DNA of 60,145 nt from the NCBI GenBank assembly GCA_902544345.1, contig CACCBT010000001.1:1-60145 (forward strand), given 5' to 3'. Positions 1-10,399 of the stretch are shown here, piece by piece. The notes beneath the pieces were generated by a model, which saw only the letters and a list, made by a program, of their open reading frames with translations, ran no database searches and had not been told where the DNA came from. Position 1 is the stretch's first letter. Each line of letters begins with the position of its first letter. The stretch is from an uncultured Pelagibacteraceae bacterium (lineage in GTDB: Bacteria; Pseudomonadota; Alphaproteobacteria; Pelagibacterales; Pelagibacteraceae). The position numbers and the translations under genes were made by a program.

Positions 1-1
1 T

Positions 2-490
2 AAACCTACTGATTACGGTGTTCAGCTTCAAGCAAAACAAAAACTAAAAGCTTATTATGGAAATATTAATGAAAGACAATTTAGAAATATTTATAGAAAA
101 GCTTTATCAAAAAAAGGAGACACCACAGAAAATTTAATTGCACTACTTGAAAGTAGACTCGATACAGTGATTTATCGAGCAAAATTTGCACCAACCGTCT
201 TCTCTGCTAGACAGATGATAAATCACGGGCATATTAAAGTTAATAAAAAAAGAGTAAACATTTCGAGCTATGTTGTTAAAAGCTCAGATTTGATTGAGAT
301 AAGAGATAAGTCCAAAAAACTTACAGTCATAGACGGATCCTTACAAAGTAAGGAAAGAGATGTTCCAGAATATATTCAACTAGATAATAAAAATAAAACA
401 GCTAAATTAGTAAGAATTCCAAAATTTTCTGAAGTCCCTTACCCAGTAATAATGGAACCTAACTTAGTAATCGAATACTATTCTAGATAA
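2..490 (+). CDS. rpsD: 30S ribosomal protein S4 (5'-truncated by window edge)
   Basis: The frame is open from base 2 (KPTDYGVQLQAKQKLKAYYG...LESRLDTVIYR...NLVIEYYSR). The ORF track start at 167 is internal. Confidence 0.97.
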   Translation, partial: KPTDYGVQLQAKQKLKAYYGNINERQFRNIYRKALSKKGDTTENLIALLESRLDTVIYRAKFAPTVFSARQMINHGHIKVNKKRVNISSYVVKSSDLIEIRDKSKKLTVIDGSLQSKERDVPEYIQLDNKNKTAKLVRIPKFSEVPYPVIMEPNLVIEYYSR

Positions 491-1234
491 TTGAATTTTT
501 TTAGTCTTTTTAAAAGAAATCTAATTTATAAGTTTAAAAAAAAAATATCGATCGATAGAGATTCTTTTCCCAAAAAAGATCTAGATCAATTATTTTTTTA
601 TTATGGAAGTGACAAAGCTGATTATTTTCAAAATAAAGATACAAGAGGTCATGGATTTTCAAAATACTACGAAAAACAATTTGCATTACTTAAAAATAAA
701 CCTTTAAATATATTAGAAATTGGATCTTATGCAGGAGCGTCAGCAGCTGCATTTTCAAAATATTTTTATAATTCTAAAATATTTTGTTTTGATATTAATA
801 TTTCAAACTTTAAATATAATTCTAATAATATCAGTGTTTATGGTTTGGATATAAGAAATAAAAAAAAAGTTTTCAAAATTTTAGATATGATTTTAAAAGA
901 AAACAGTTTTGAAAAATTTGATATTATAATCGATGACGGATCTCATTATTTAAGTGACATCTTATTCAGTTTAAATTTTTTTTTCAAATTTGTAAATCAA
1001 GATGGCACTTATGTAATCGAAGATTTTAAACATCCAAATTATTATAAGTACAATTTAGATATACAAGATATTTTTGTTGATGATTTAATTACAAATATCC
1101 AGAAAAAAGAATATTTTAATTCAGGATTCATAGAAAAAGAGAGTCAAAAATATATATTTAGCGAGGTTAAAGAAATTGTTACTTACAAGGGTAATTTAGA
1201 AGACTCTGATATTTGTTTTATAAAAAAAAAATAA
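491..1234 (+). CDS. Class I SAM-dependent methyltransferase (possible sugar O-methyltransferase)
   Basis: Motifs YGSDK, HGFSKYY, ILEIGSYAGAS (motif I) and FDIIIDDGSH. The TTG start directly follows the rpsD stop. Confidence 0.75.
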   Translation: MNFFSLFKRNLIYKFKKKISIDRDSFPKKDLDQLFFYYGSDKADYFQNKDTRGHGFSKYYEKQFALLKNKPLNILEIGSYAGASAAAFSKYFYNSKIFCFDINISNFKYNSNNISVYGLDIRNKKKVFKILDMILKENSFEKFDIIIDDGSHYLSDILFSLNFFFKFVNQDGTYVIEDFKHPNYYKYNLDIQDIFVDDLITNIQKKEYFNSGFIEKESQKYIFSEVKEIVTYKGNLEDSDICFIKKK

Positions 1235-1235
1235 A

Positions 1236-1553
1236 CTAGATCAATTTTTTTTCAGCTAATAATTTTTTTAATTCACCTTTTGCAAACATTTCTTTAACAA
1301 TATCACATCCCCCAATAAACTCTTTTTTAACGTATAATTGAGGAATTGTAGGCCAATCACTGAAATCTTTTATACCTTGTCTTAAATTTTCATCTTCCAA
1401 AACATTAATTCCTTTAAAATTTACATTTAAGTGTTTTAAAACATTAGATACTGCCATTGAAAATCCACATTGAGGTGAGTCCGGAGTGCCTTTCATGAAA
1501 AGACAAATGTCATTTTCATCTATTAGTTTGCTAATTATTTCTTTTGTATTCAT
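1236..1553 (-). CDS. grxD: Monothiol glutaredoxin (Grx4)
   Basis: FMKGTPDSPQCGFS and WPTIPQLY...GGCDI motifs. Confidence 0.96.
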   Translation of the reverse strand: MNTKEIISKLIDENDICLFMKGTPDSPQCGFSMAVSNVLKHLNVNFKGINVLEDENLRQGIKDFSDWPTIPQLYVKKEFIGGCDIVKEMFAKGELKKLLAEKKLI

Positions 1554-1783
1554 TATTTAACCTCTGTAGTAATAGATAATGCGTGTAATTCATTTCCCAT
1601 TTTACCTTTTAGCGATTTATAAACAAGTTTGTGTTGTTCTATTTTATTTAAATTTTTGAATATTTCAGATCTAATTGTTGCTGAATAATGATTATTATCA
1701 CCCATTAAGTCCTTTATCTCTATCGAAGCGTCAGGAATTGATTCTTTTATTAATCTTTTTATTTCATTAATTGGTAGAGGCAT
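1553..1783 (-). CDS. bolA: BolA/IbaG family protein
   Basis: GDNNHY, EQHKLVY and ELHALSI motifs; adjacent to grxD. The ATG at 1783 overlaps the purL stop (TGATG). Confidence 0.92.
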   Translation of the reverse strand: MPLPINEIKRLIKESIPDASIEIKDLMGDNNHYSATIRSEIFKNLNKIEQHKLVYKSLKGKMGNELHALSITTEVK

Positions 1784-3963
1784 CAATATTTGTTATACCA
1801 TTGACTATTAATTTTAAAGAGGTCATTTATGTCTGATTTAATTAATCCTTCAATTTCAATATACTTTTTTTGTGTAATTCCAATTAATTCATAGTAGATG
1901 TCATTTTTTTGAAGAACTTTCTCTACTTTATTTAAATTATCTTTATTTATTTCAACAATATATCTTCCTTGATCTTCTCCAAAAAAGTATTCGATTGGGT
2001 TTCTTATTTTTTTAGGCTTTTCAATTTTTATCCCGTAATTTGAACTCATTGCCATTTCACATAGAGAAACAATTAATCCGCCATTCGAAACATCATGGAC
2101 AGAATTAGCTAAACCTAAAGTTATTAGATTTAAAACAGCTTCTCCATTGTTTTTTTCATTAAAAAAATTAATTTCGGGTGGACTACCGTCTATTATAGAA
2201 AAATTTTCTTTAAGAAAACAGCTTTGTTCAATATGTCCAAAAGTTTTTCCTATTAATAGTAATAAACTTTTATCCTTTTTTAATTTATGGCTGATTGGAC
2301 TTGATAATTTATTTATAATTCCAACTCCTCCGATTACAGGTGTTGGGAATATATTTTTTTTATTAGTTCCATTATAAAAAGATACATTTCCTGAGACGAC
2401 TGGATAATTTAAAAACTCACAAGCCTCTTTAATTCCCTCCAAGCACTCAGCGAATTCTCCCATGATTTCCTCATTTTCTGGATTACCAAAATTCAAACAA
2501 TTGGTGATTGCCAATGGTTTTGCACCAACAGAAATTAAATTTCTCCAATTTTCACACACTATTTGTTTTCCTCCAATTTTTGGTTGGGATTTACAATAAT
2601 TAGCAGAAGAGTCTACAGTAACTGCTATAGCTTTATCTTTGTTATGTATCCTAACTATTGCTGCATCAGAACCAGATCTTTGAACAGTATCACCCATAAC
2701 CATCTGATCATATTGATTAGTAATCCAACTTTTATTTGAATGATTAGGTGAAGACAAAACTTTAATCAAAGCTTCTTCAAAGTTCACATTTCTTATTTTT
2801 TTTATATTTAATTTGCTTTTCTTAATTTTTTTTCTTACCCATTTTCTTTTATATACAGGTGCTTTTGCAGCTAGAGCATCAATTTGTATTTCTCCTACAA
2901 GTTTATTGTGAAATTTTAAAGTTAAATTCTTCGTATTTGTAGTTTTTCCTATAACAACAAAATCCAAATCCCATTTATTAAAAATTTTTCTTGCGTGCTC
3001 TTCTTTTCCATCTTCTAAAATTATTAACATTCTTTCTTGACTTTCTGATAGCATCATCTCATACGGCGTCATGTTCTCCTCTCTACAAGGCACTTTTTCT
3101 AAATTTAATTCAATTCCAAGCGAACCTTTAGAAGCCATTTCAACGCTTGAGGAAGTTAATCCAGCTGCTCCCATATCTTGAATAGCAATAATCGAGTCAT
3201 CTTTCATTAACTCTAAGCAAGCTTCGAGAAGTAGTTTTTCAGTAAATGGATCACCAACTTGCACAGTGGGTTTTTTGTCCTCAGAGTTTTCGTCAAATTC
3301 AGCCGATGCCATTGATGCTCCATGAATTCCATCACGACCTGTTTTTGATCCCACATAGACTACAGATTTATTTATACCTTTTGCTCTTGAGTAAAATATC
3401 TTATCTTTTTTTGCATGACCTACCGCCATTGCGTTGACCAATATATTTTCATTATAAGTTTCGTTAAACTTTGTCTCGCCAGCAACAGTCGGTATTCCAA
3501 TGCAATTTCCATAGCCGCCGATTCCCGAAACCACACCATTTAATAAACTTTTTGTTTTTGGATGAGAGGGAGAACCAAAGTGAATTGAATTCAATAAAGC
3601 AATTGGTCTTGCACCCATTGTAAATACATCTCTTAGTATGCCTCCAACTCCTGTTGCCGCTCCTTGATAAGGCTCAATGTACGAAGGATGGTTATGACTT
3701 TCAATTTTAAATACTATTGCATCATTATCTCCAATATCGATTACACCAGCATTTTCACCAGGACCTTGAATAACTTGTTTTCCTTTAGTAGGTAATTTTT
3801 TCAAATGTATTCTTGATGATTTATATGAACAGTGCTCGTTCCACATAGCTGAAAAAATTCCGAGTTCTAGTAAATTAGGATCTCTTTTCATTAGCTTTTT
3901 AATATTTTCAAACTCTTCTAATTTAAGACCATGTTTTTCTATAATTTTGTTAGTTATTCTCAT
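1783..3963 (-). CDS. purL: Phosphoribosylformylglycinamidine synthase subunit PurL
   Basis: [27 protein letters not shown] and LSESQERM motifs. Confidence 0.98.
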   Translation of the reverse strand: MRITNKIIEKHGLKLEEFENIKKLMKRDPNLLELGIFSAMWNEHCSYKSSRIHLKKLPTKGKQVIQGPGENAGVIDIGDNDAIVFKIESHNHPSYIEPYQGAATGVGGILRDVFTMGARPIALLNSIHFGSPSHPKTKSLLNGVVSGIGGYGNCIGIPTVAGETKFNETYNENILVNAMAVGHAKKDKIFYSRAKGINKSVVYVGSKTGRDGIHGASMASAEFDENSEDKKPTVQVGDPFTEKLLLEACLELMKDDSIIAIQDMGAAGLTSSSVEMASKGSLGIELNLEKVPCREENMTPYEMMLSESQERMLIILEDGKEEHARKIFNKWDLDFVVIGKTTNTKNLTLKFHNKLVGEIQIDALAAKAPVYKRKWVRKKIKKSKLNIKKIRNVNFEEALIKVLSSPNHSNKSWITNQYDQMVMGDTVQRSGSDAAIVRIHNKDKAIAVTVDSSANYCKSQPKIGGKQIVCENWRNLISVGAKPLAITNCLNFGNPENEEIMGEFAECLEGIKEACEFLNYPVVSGNVSFYNGTNKKNIFPTPVIGGVGIINKLSSPISHKLKKDKSLLLLIGKTFGHIEQSCFLKENFSIIDGSPPEINFFNEKNNGEAVLNLITLGLANSVHDVSNGGLIVSLCEMAMSSNYGIKIEKPKKIRNPIEYFFGEDQGRYIVEINKDNLNKVEKVLQKNDIYYELIGITQKKYIEIEGLIKSDINDLFKINSQWYNKY

Positions 3964-3964
3964 A

Positions 3965-4645
3965 TTATTTGTTTATTAAACTAGAAAAAAGATTTACTCC
4001 ATCAGTGTTAGAAATCATTTCATCGACCATTCTTTCAGGATGAGGCATCATTCCTAATATATTTTTTTTGGCATTAAATATTCCTGCAATATTTTCTAAA
4101 GCACCATTAGGGTTAGAGCGATCATTTACAACTCCTTTTTCATCACAATATTTAAACGCTATAAGATTTTCATTATTTAATTCTTTCAAATGGGTCTCTT
4201 TTGTAAAATAATTTCCTTCATTATGAGCAATATTAATTTTTAATATCTGGTTTAAATTATATTTTGATGTAAATTTTGTTTTATTGTTAATTACCTTTAT
4301 ATTCACATCTTTATTAATAAACTTAAGGTTTTTATTTCTCAATAAGGTCCCCTTTAACAAGCCTGTTTCTGTCAAAATCTGAAATCCATTACAAATTCCA
4401 AGAATTAAACATCCTGAATTGGCTGCTTTGATAATTTCATTAATTATTAAGGATTTTCCAGCTATTGCTCCTGAACGTAAATAGTCACCATAAGAAAATC
4501 CTCCGGGAATAACAATTAAATCTGATTTTGGTAAGTTGGTATCTTTATGCCATACCATCTTATTTTTAAATTGCATTTTTTCTAAAGCGACAGCAATATC
4601 TCGATCACAATTAGACCCTGGGAAGACAATTACAGACGAATTCAT
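3965..4645 (-). CDS. purQ: FGAM synthase glutaminase subunit PurQ
   Basis: [27 protein letters not shown] and MMPHPER motifs. Confidence 0.98.
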   Translation of the reverse strand: MNSSVIVFPGSNCDRDIAVALEKMQFKNKMVWHKDTNLPKSDLIVIPGGFSYGDYLRSGAIAGKSLIINEIIKAANSGCLILGICNGFQILTETGLLKGTLLRNKNLKFINKDVNIKVINNKTKFTSKYNLNQILKINIAHNEGNYFTKETHLKELNNENLIAFKYCDEKGVVNDRSNPNGALENIAGIFNAKKNILGMMPHPERMVDEMISNTDGVNLFSSLINK

Positions 4646-4884
4646 TATAATTTATTAATTTTGTAATCTTCGATAATTAAATTTGCTAATAGTTTCTCAC
4701 ACATTTGAGTTACCTCTTTATCAGCGACTTCTTCATTTTTTTCCTCAACTTCTATTTCGAAATATTTTCCTTGTCTTACACTCTTTAAACTATTCAAGCC
4801 CATGTTTTTAAGAGTATTCTCCACAACTTTTCCCTGAGGATCTAATACATCTTTTTTAAGAGTGACTATAATTGAATATTTCAA
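4645..4884 (-). CDS. purS: FGAM synthase subunit PurS
   Basis: VLDPQG, VRQGKYF and LLANLIIEDY motifs; lies between purC and purQ. Confidence 0.96.
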   Translation of the reverse strand: MKYSIIVTLKKDVLDPQGKVVENTLKNMGLNSLKSVRQGKYFEIEVEEKNEEVADKEVTQMCEKLLANLIIEDYKINKL

Positions 4885-4885
4885 T

Positions 4886-5677
4886 TTATCTTTTTTTGAA
4901 TTTTATCGGTATAGTTTTACCAAAATTTACTTCGCTTATATTTGTTTCTTCAGGCATTATTCCAAATCTCCTTGCAACTTCTTGATAAGCTTGGATAATA
5001 TTTCCTAAGTCTTTTCTAAATCTATCTTTATCAAGTTTTTTTTCAGTTTTGGCATCCCATAGTCTGCAAGTATCTGGACTAATTTCATCAGCCAAAACAA
5101 TTTCTTTTTTCTCTATATCCTTATTCCATACTTTTCCGTATTCAATTTTAAAATCAATAAGCTTGATATTTATAGCTCTAAACATTCCGGAAAGAATATC
5201 ATTAATCCGATGAGTTGATTTATCGATTAAATTTAACTCTTTCTCTGTAGCCCACCCAAATGTGAGAATATGTTCTTTAGAGATTAAAGGATCACTTAAT
5301 TCATCGTTTTTGAAACAATATTCTAATAAAGGTTTTTCTAAAATTGTTCCCTCTGGTATTCCCAATCTCTTGGTTAAAGAACCAGTGGCAACGTTTCTTA
5401 CAATAAATTCAATTGGAAAAATTTCAGCTTTTTTGATTAGTTGCTCTCTCATATTTAATCTTTTAACCAAGTGAGTTTTGACACCACACTGAGATAAATT
5501 TGACAATATGTACTCAGAAATTCTATTATTTAAAACCCCCTTTCCCTCAACTTTAGCTTTTTTAAGATTATTGAATGCTGTCGCATCATCTTTAAAATGC
5601 TGAATAACTAAATTTTTATCTTTAGTATCATAAATTATTTTCGCTTTGCCCTCGTATAACTTTTTGCCTTTATTCAT
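4886..5677 (-). CDS. purC: SAICAR synthetase
   Basis: LYEGKAK, FKDDATAFN, LADEISPDTCRLWD and DKDRFR motifs. Confidence 0.98.
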   Translation of the reverse strand: MNKGKKLYEGKAKIIYDTKDKNLVIQHFKDDATAFNNLKKAKVEGKGVLNNRISEYILSNLSQCGVKTHLVKRLNMREQLIKKAEIFPIEFIVRNVATGSLTKRLGIPEGTILEKPLLEYCFKNDELSDPLISKEHILTFGWATEKELNLIDKSTHRINDILSGMFRAINIKLIDFKIEYGKVWNKDIEKKEIVLADEISPDTCRLWDAKTEKKLDKDRFRKDLGNIIQAYQEVARRFGIMPEETNISEVNFGKTIPIKFKKR

Positions 5678-5681
5678 TAGA

Positions 5682-6980
5682 TTACTTTTGTTTCAGACTT
5701 CTATTAAAAATTATATTAATTTTTTTAGTATGATAACTAAAATTGAATAATTTTTTAAGTTTATTAACAGGTATTTTATAAGTGATTTTTTTATCTGAGA
5801 TAATATTGCTCAAAAAAGAGGAATTTTCTTTCCAAGCTTTCATAGCGTTTTTCTGAACTAATTTATAAGCTTGTTCTCTAGAAAAACCAACATCAGTTAA
5901 TTCTAGCAAAACTCTTTGTGAAAAAAATATTCCATTAGTTATGTTTAAATTTTTTAGCATTTTTTTTGGGTAAACATTTAAATTCTTAACCACTTTGTTT
6001 AGTCTAGCCAAGGCAAAGTCTAAAGCAATTGTTGCATCTGGGCCTATGTTTCTTTCAACTGCTGAATGTGAAATATCTCTCTCATGCCATAATGCAATAT
6101 TTTCCAGAGCAGGAACAACACAAGATCTTATCAATCTAGCTAAGCCAGTTAAATTTTCACTTAAAATTGGATTTTTTTTGTGAGGCATTGCAGAAGAACC
6201 TTTTTGTTTTTTTCCAAAAAATTCTTCAACTTCTAGCACTTCAGTTCTTTGAAGATGCCTAATTTCAGTCGCCAGCCTCTCAATCGAACCAGCAATAATC
6301 CCAAGTGTAGAGAAAAATTGTGCATGTCTATCTCTAGGTATAATTTGTGTAGAAATGGGCTCAACATTAAGTTTAAGTTTTTTTGCTACATGTTTTTCAA
6401 CTGAGGGATCTATGTTTGCAAAAGTTCCAACTGCACCCGAAATTGCACATGTTGAAATTTCTTTTATGGAATCATTAAGTCTTTTTTTATTTCTAATAAA
6501 TTCTTGATAGAAGGTTAACATTTTAAGACCAAAAGTTGTTGGTTCAGCGTGAATGCCGTGGCTTCGCCCAATGCATAAAGTGTATTTGTGTTTAATAGCC
6601 TGGCGCCTAATTGAGATGAGTAATTGATTAATATCATTTAATAAAATTTCACCAGATTTTTTCAATTGAAAATTAAAACACGTATCCAAAACATCGGATG
6701 AGGTCATTCCTTTATGAAGATATCTACCATCTTTTCCAACTTTTTCATTTATTGAAGTTAAAAAAGCGATCACATCGTGTTTAACTTTTTCTTCAATTTG
6801 TAAAATTCTTTTTACGTTAATTTTTGCTTTAGATTTTACTTTTTTAGAAACCCCTTTTGGGATAATCTTTAATTTTTCCATAGCTTCAGCTGCAGCCAAT
6901 TCAATATCCAGCCATATTGAATATTTATTCTTATCTTCCCAAATTTCTTTAATTTCTTTTCTAGAATATCTATCTATCAT
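5682..6980 (-). CDS. purB: Adenylosuccinate lyase
   Basis: MIDRY, TSSDVLDT, GRSHGIHAEP and GSSAMPHKKNP motifs. Confidence 0.98.
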   Translation of the reverse strand: MIDRYSRKEIKEIWEDKNKYSIWLDIELAAAEAMEKLKIIPKGVSKKVKSKAKINVKRILQIEEKVKHDVIAFLTSINEKVGKDGRYLHKGMTSSDVLDTCFNFQLKKSGEILLNDINQLLISIRRQAIKHKYTLCIGRSHGIHAEPTTFGLKMLTFYQEFIRNKKRLNDSIKEISTCAISGAVGTFANIDPSVEKHVAKKLKLNVEPISTQIIPRDRHAQFFSTLGIIAGSIERLATEIRHLQRTEVLEVEEFFGKKQKGSSAMPHKKNPILSENLTGLARLIRSCVVPALENIALWHERDISHSAVERNIGPDATIALDFALARLNKVVKNLNVYPKKMLKNLNITNGIFFSQRVLLELTDVGFSREQAYKLVQKNAMKAWKENSSFLSNIISDKKITYKIPVNKLKKLFNFSYHTKKINIIFNRSLKQK

Positions 6981-7729
6981 TAGTTTTTTGATAAAGTAAA
7001 AATTTCACAACCATCTTTAGTTACACCTACAGTATGTTCAAATTGTGCAGATAAAGATTTATCTTTAGTTACGGCTGTCCAACCATCATTTAATGTTTTA
7101 GTTTCATATTTTCCAAGATTAATCATAGGCTCAACTGTGAAAATCATGCCAGCTTTTATCTTTTCTCCAGTGCCTTCCTTTCCATAATGAAGCACATTAG
7201 GTTCTTTATGAAATTCTTGTCCAATACCATGTCCGCAAAAATCTTGAACAACTGAAAATCCTTCAGCTTCAACGTGATTTTGAATTACAGCCCCGATATC
7301 TCCTAAAAAAACATCTTCTTTAATAATCTTAATAGCCTTCATCAAAGCTTCGTAAGTTGTTTGAACTAACTTTTTTGCTTTTATTGAGACTTCGCCTATT
7401 TCAAATGTTCTACTCGTATCTCCATGCCAACCATCTTTTAAAGCTGTGACATCTACATTAACTATATCTCCATCTTTTAAAACTTTGTCAGAAGGTATTC
7501 CATGACAAACAATATGATTAGTAGAGGTACAACACGATTTTGGAAAACCTCTATAAAAAAGAGGCGCAGAGTATGCACCATGGTCATTTAGGTATTCATA
7601 ACACAATTTATCAATTTGATTAGTTTTTATTCCGGGTTTAATAATTTTAAAAACCTCGTCTAATGCTCCTGCAGCTATTAGTCCAGCAACTTTAGTTTTC
7701 TCGAAAGCTTCTTTATAATCGTTAATCAT
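6980..7729 (-). CDS. map: Methionine aminopeptidase type I
   Basis: VCHGIP, DVT...HGDTSRT, GHGIG, FTVEPMIN and SAQFEHT motifs. Confidence 0.97.
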   Translation of the reverse strand: MINDYKEAFEKTKVAGLIAAGALDEVFKIIKPGIKTNQIDKLCYEYLNDHGAYSAPLFYRGFPKSCCTSTNHIVCHGIPSDKVLKDGDIVNVDVTALKDGWHGDTSRTFEIGEVSIKAKKLVQTTYEALMKAIKIIKEDVFLGDIGAVIQNHVEAEGFSVVQDFCGHGIGQEFHKEPNVLHYGKEGTGEKIKAGMIFTVEPMINLGKYETKTLNDGWTAVTKDKSLSAQFEHTVGVTKDGCEIFTLSKN

Positions 7730-8424
7730 TATTTTTTGAATTGTATTTCACGATTTAGTTGTATTCTTTTTGTTGAAAATTTACAATCATAGCAAAGTAT
7801 TTTTAGATTTTTTTTAACAGCTTTTAGAAGTAATTCACAATATTCAGGATCTATATCTTTAGCTAATTCAAACTTGCTACAATCATTTCGTTGAATTACA
7901 AAAAAAAGATAAATTTCAAAACCCTTTTTTTTTGCTTTCAGCAATTCTTGTATGTGCTTCAAGCCTCTTGAAGTAATTGCATCAGGAAATTCCGCAATGT
8001 CATTCTGTCTTGAAAGAGTAACATTTTTAACTTCAATAAACGTTTTTTTGTTTTTTTCTGTTATTAAGAAATCGAATCTAGTATTTTTACCAAATCTTAC
8101 CTCTTGTTGAATTTTATCTAAATTTTTAAAATTTTTAATCTTCCTTTTACTTAAAGCGTCGAAAACAATTTTATTTGTTAAGTGAGTGTTGATACCAACT
8201 TTTGTATTTTGATCCTCAATAATTTGAAGCGTATACTTAAGTTTTCTTTTCGGATTATTAGATTTACTTAACCAAACTTTGTTTCCTTTTTTGATCAACC
8301 CCATCATAGAGCCTGTATTTGGACAATGAGCTACAACTTCTTCTTTACCAATTTTGACATCGACAAAAAAACGTTTATATCTTTTTATAAATTCACCTGC
8401 TATTAATGTTTCATTAAATTTCAT
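7729..8424 (-). CDS. sfsA: DNA/RNA nuclease SfsA
   Basis: KRYKRF, HCPNTGSM, EVKNVTL and FPDAITSRGLKH motifs. Confidence 0.95.
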   Translation of the reverse strand: MKFNETLIAGEFIKRYKRFFVDVKIGKEEVVAHCPNTGSMMGLIKKGNKVWLSKSNNPKRKLKYTLQIIEDQNTKVGINTHLTNKIVFDALSKRKIKNFKNLDKIQQEVRFGKNTRFDFLITEKNKKTFIEVKNVTLSRQNDIAEFPDAITSRGLKHIQELLKAKKKGFEIYLFFVIQRNDCSKFELAKDIDPEYCELLLKAVKKNLKILCYDCKFSTKRIQLNREIQFKK

Positions 8425-8440
8425 GTATAATTAGTAATCT

Positions 8441-9196
8441 ATGAGGAAAAAAAATAAAGTAAATGCAGCAATTTTAATAATCGGAAACGAAATTTTATCT
8501 GGAAGGACTCAGGATAAAAATATTGCGTTTTTAAGTAATTGGTTAAATATAAATTGTGGAATAACTGTCTCAGAGGTGAGAATAATACCTGACGTTGAAA
8601 AAATTATAGTCAAAAACATAAGATTGTTATCTAAAGAGTTTAATTATGTTTTTACTACTGGAGGTATAGGACCAACTCATGACGACATAACAGCAAAATC
8701 TATAGCTAAAGCTTTTAAAGTAAAATATGGATATCATGATGAGGCATACAAAATTCTTGAGAATTATTATGGTAAAGAAAAATTTAATGATGGTAGAAAA
8801 AAAATGGCAAAGATGCCAAAAAAAGCAAAACTAATCTATAATCCATCTAGCGCCGCTCCTGGATTTATCACTAAAAATGTTTTTTCATTACCCGGTGTGC
8901 CTTCTATATTAAACTCAATGATTGAAAATTGTAAAAAATATTTAACTAAAGGTTCAAAAGTTCACAGTAGCACATTAAATCTTTATACAGTCGAAAGTAA
9001 TATTTCTAAACAATTAGAAATCTTACAAAAAAAATATATCAAGTTCGTTGAAATTGGCAGTTATCCTTTTTTTAGATTAGGGAAAATAGGCGTATCAGTA
9101 GTTTCTAGATCAACCTCAAAATCCAAGCTAATTTTAGTTAATAAAGATTTAATGAAAACAATAAAGTTAAAAAAAATAAAAGTCTTAAAAATTTAA
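8441..9196 (+). CDS. CinA-like molybdopterin-binding-domain protein (COG1058 type, no PncC domain)
   Basis: IIGNEILSGRTQDKN, TTGGIGPTHDDIT and LPGVP motifs. Confidence 0.88.
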   Translation: MRKKNKVNAAILIIGNEILSGRTQDKNIAFLSNWLNINCGITVSEVRIIPDVEKIIVKNIRLLSKEFNYVFTTGGIGPTHDDITAKSIAKAFKVKYGYHDEAYKILENYYGKEKFNDGRKKMAKMPKKAKLIYNPSSAAPGFITKNVFSLPGVPSILNSMIENCKKYLTKGSKVHSSTLNLYTVESNISKQLEILQKKYIKFVEIGSYPFFRLGKIGVSVVSRSTSKSKLILVNKDLMKTIKLKKIKVLKI

Positions 9197-10146
9197 ATCA
9201 AACTTAGCACTTCGTCGACTTCTATAGAGTTTATATCTTTAGTTTTATGAATTATCTTACTATCTAATATTTTAGTAAATTTATTTTTTGGTGCAAATTT
9301 GTTTGCATTAGTTGGACCGAATAAAACAATCATAGGTATATTTGCTAAGGACATCATGTGCATTACCCCATTGTCGATTGATACAGCAATATTTAATCGA
9401 GAAGCCAATGCTGTAACTAAAGCTGGACAGGACAAACTTGAGTTTAATTCAGGAAAAATTGCCGAAGGCACTTGGTTTTTTATTTTTTCAATTAAATCAA
9501 CTTCATTTTTTTCAATAAAAAAAACTGGCAACTTATTTTTTTTGAGTATTCTGTTGGCAAGAGAAGTAAATTTATAAATCGACCAGCTTTTTTTCCTATA
9601 TTCATTACCTTGAGTTACTGAAAAACCAACATAATTTGAATTTGGAAGAAGTCTTCTAGCCTCTTTTAAAATTTCCTTTGGTAATTTATTGACCTTAAAA
9701 TCCACTTTAACAATGTCTTCCTCAATAAACAAACTTAAATTTTCTAAATGATCAGAAGAATATGATTTAATTTTTTTTGATGAAAAAAAGCCATTAAGGG
9801 TTTTTGAATAGAATAATGTATGTGGAATTTTCCTCAAAATTAACGAATTTCTAAACTTTGTCTGAAAATCAATAATTAAATCAAAGTTTCCAAATTTTTT
9901 TTTTATCACTCTATGTTTAGCAAATAATAAATGCCACCAACGAAAACCAAAATAATTTAAATCTAAATCTACAGTTTCTAAATCTATTTTATATTCTTTC
10001 AATTTACCTCTAAAATGATTGGCATGAGCTCCTAAGTAATAGAATTTAGACCTTTTAAAATGATTTTTTAAGCTAATAATTATTGGAAATAATTGAATGG
10101 AATCGCCTAACCCACCACCTGAATTATAAATTAAGATTTTTTTCAT
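9193..10146 (-). CDS. GT9 family glycosyltransferase (LPS heptosyltransferase-like)
   Basis: GGLGD near the N-terminus, KKSW and SIDNGVMHM...VLFGPT motifs. Confidence 0.85.
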   Translation of the reverse strand: MKKILIYNSGGGLGDSIQLFPIIISLKNHFKRSKFYYLGAHANHFRGKLKEYKIDLETVDLDLNYFGFRWWHLLFAKHRVIKKKFGNFDLIIDFQTKFRNSLILRKIPHTLFYSKTLNGFFSSKKIKSYSSDHLENLSLFIEEDIVKVDFKVNKLPKEILKEARRLLPNSNYVGFSVTQGNEYRKKSWSIYKFTSLANRILKKNKLPVFFIEKNEVDLIEKIKNQVPSAIFPELNSSLSCPALVTALASRLNIAVSIDNGVMHMMSLANIPMIVLFGPTNANKFAPKNKFTKILDSKIIHKTKDINSIEVDEVLSLI

Positions 10147-10304
10147 CAGATATATATACTTTAACTAAAAGCAGACTGGAAGACTGAGATTTTATAGGGT
10201 AACTTGCACATCACTTGTACATAAAGAGATAATTAATTTTTTTTTTACTTCTTTTGAACTCTTGTGTATTAATATACCAATAATAACAATAAAAATAACG
10301 ACGT

Positions 10305-10390
10305 GCCCTCGTGGTGAAATTGGTAGACACAAAGGACTTAAAATCCTTGCCCTTTTGGGAGTGCCAGTTCGAGTCTGGCCGAGGGCACCA
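10305..10390 (+). tRNA. tRNA-Leu(UAA)
   Basis: Acceptor stem GCCCTCG/CGAGGGC, anticodon arm AAGGA-CTTAAAA-TCCTT, long variable arm, GTTCGAGTC T-loop, encoded CCA. Confidence 0.96.
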
Positions 10391-10399
10391 ATTTTAAAA

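Noticed and set aside
10262-10399. N-terminal extension of the NAD kinase ORF and antisense ORF 10192-10533
   Set aside because: Both run through tRNA-Leu. The in-frame ATG at 10400 gives a normal-length NadK.
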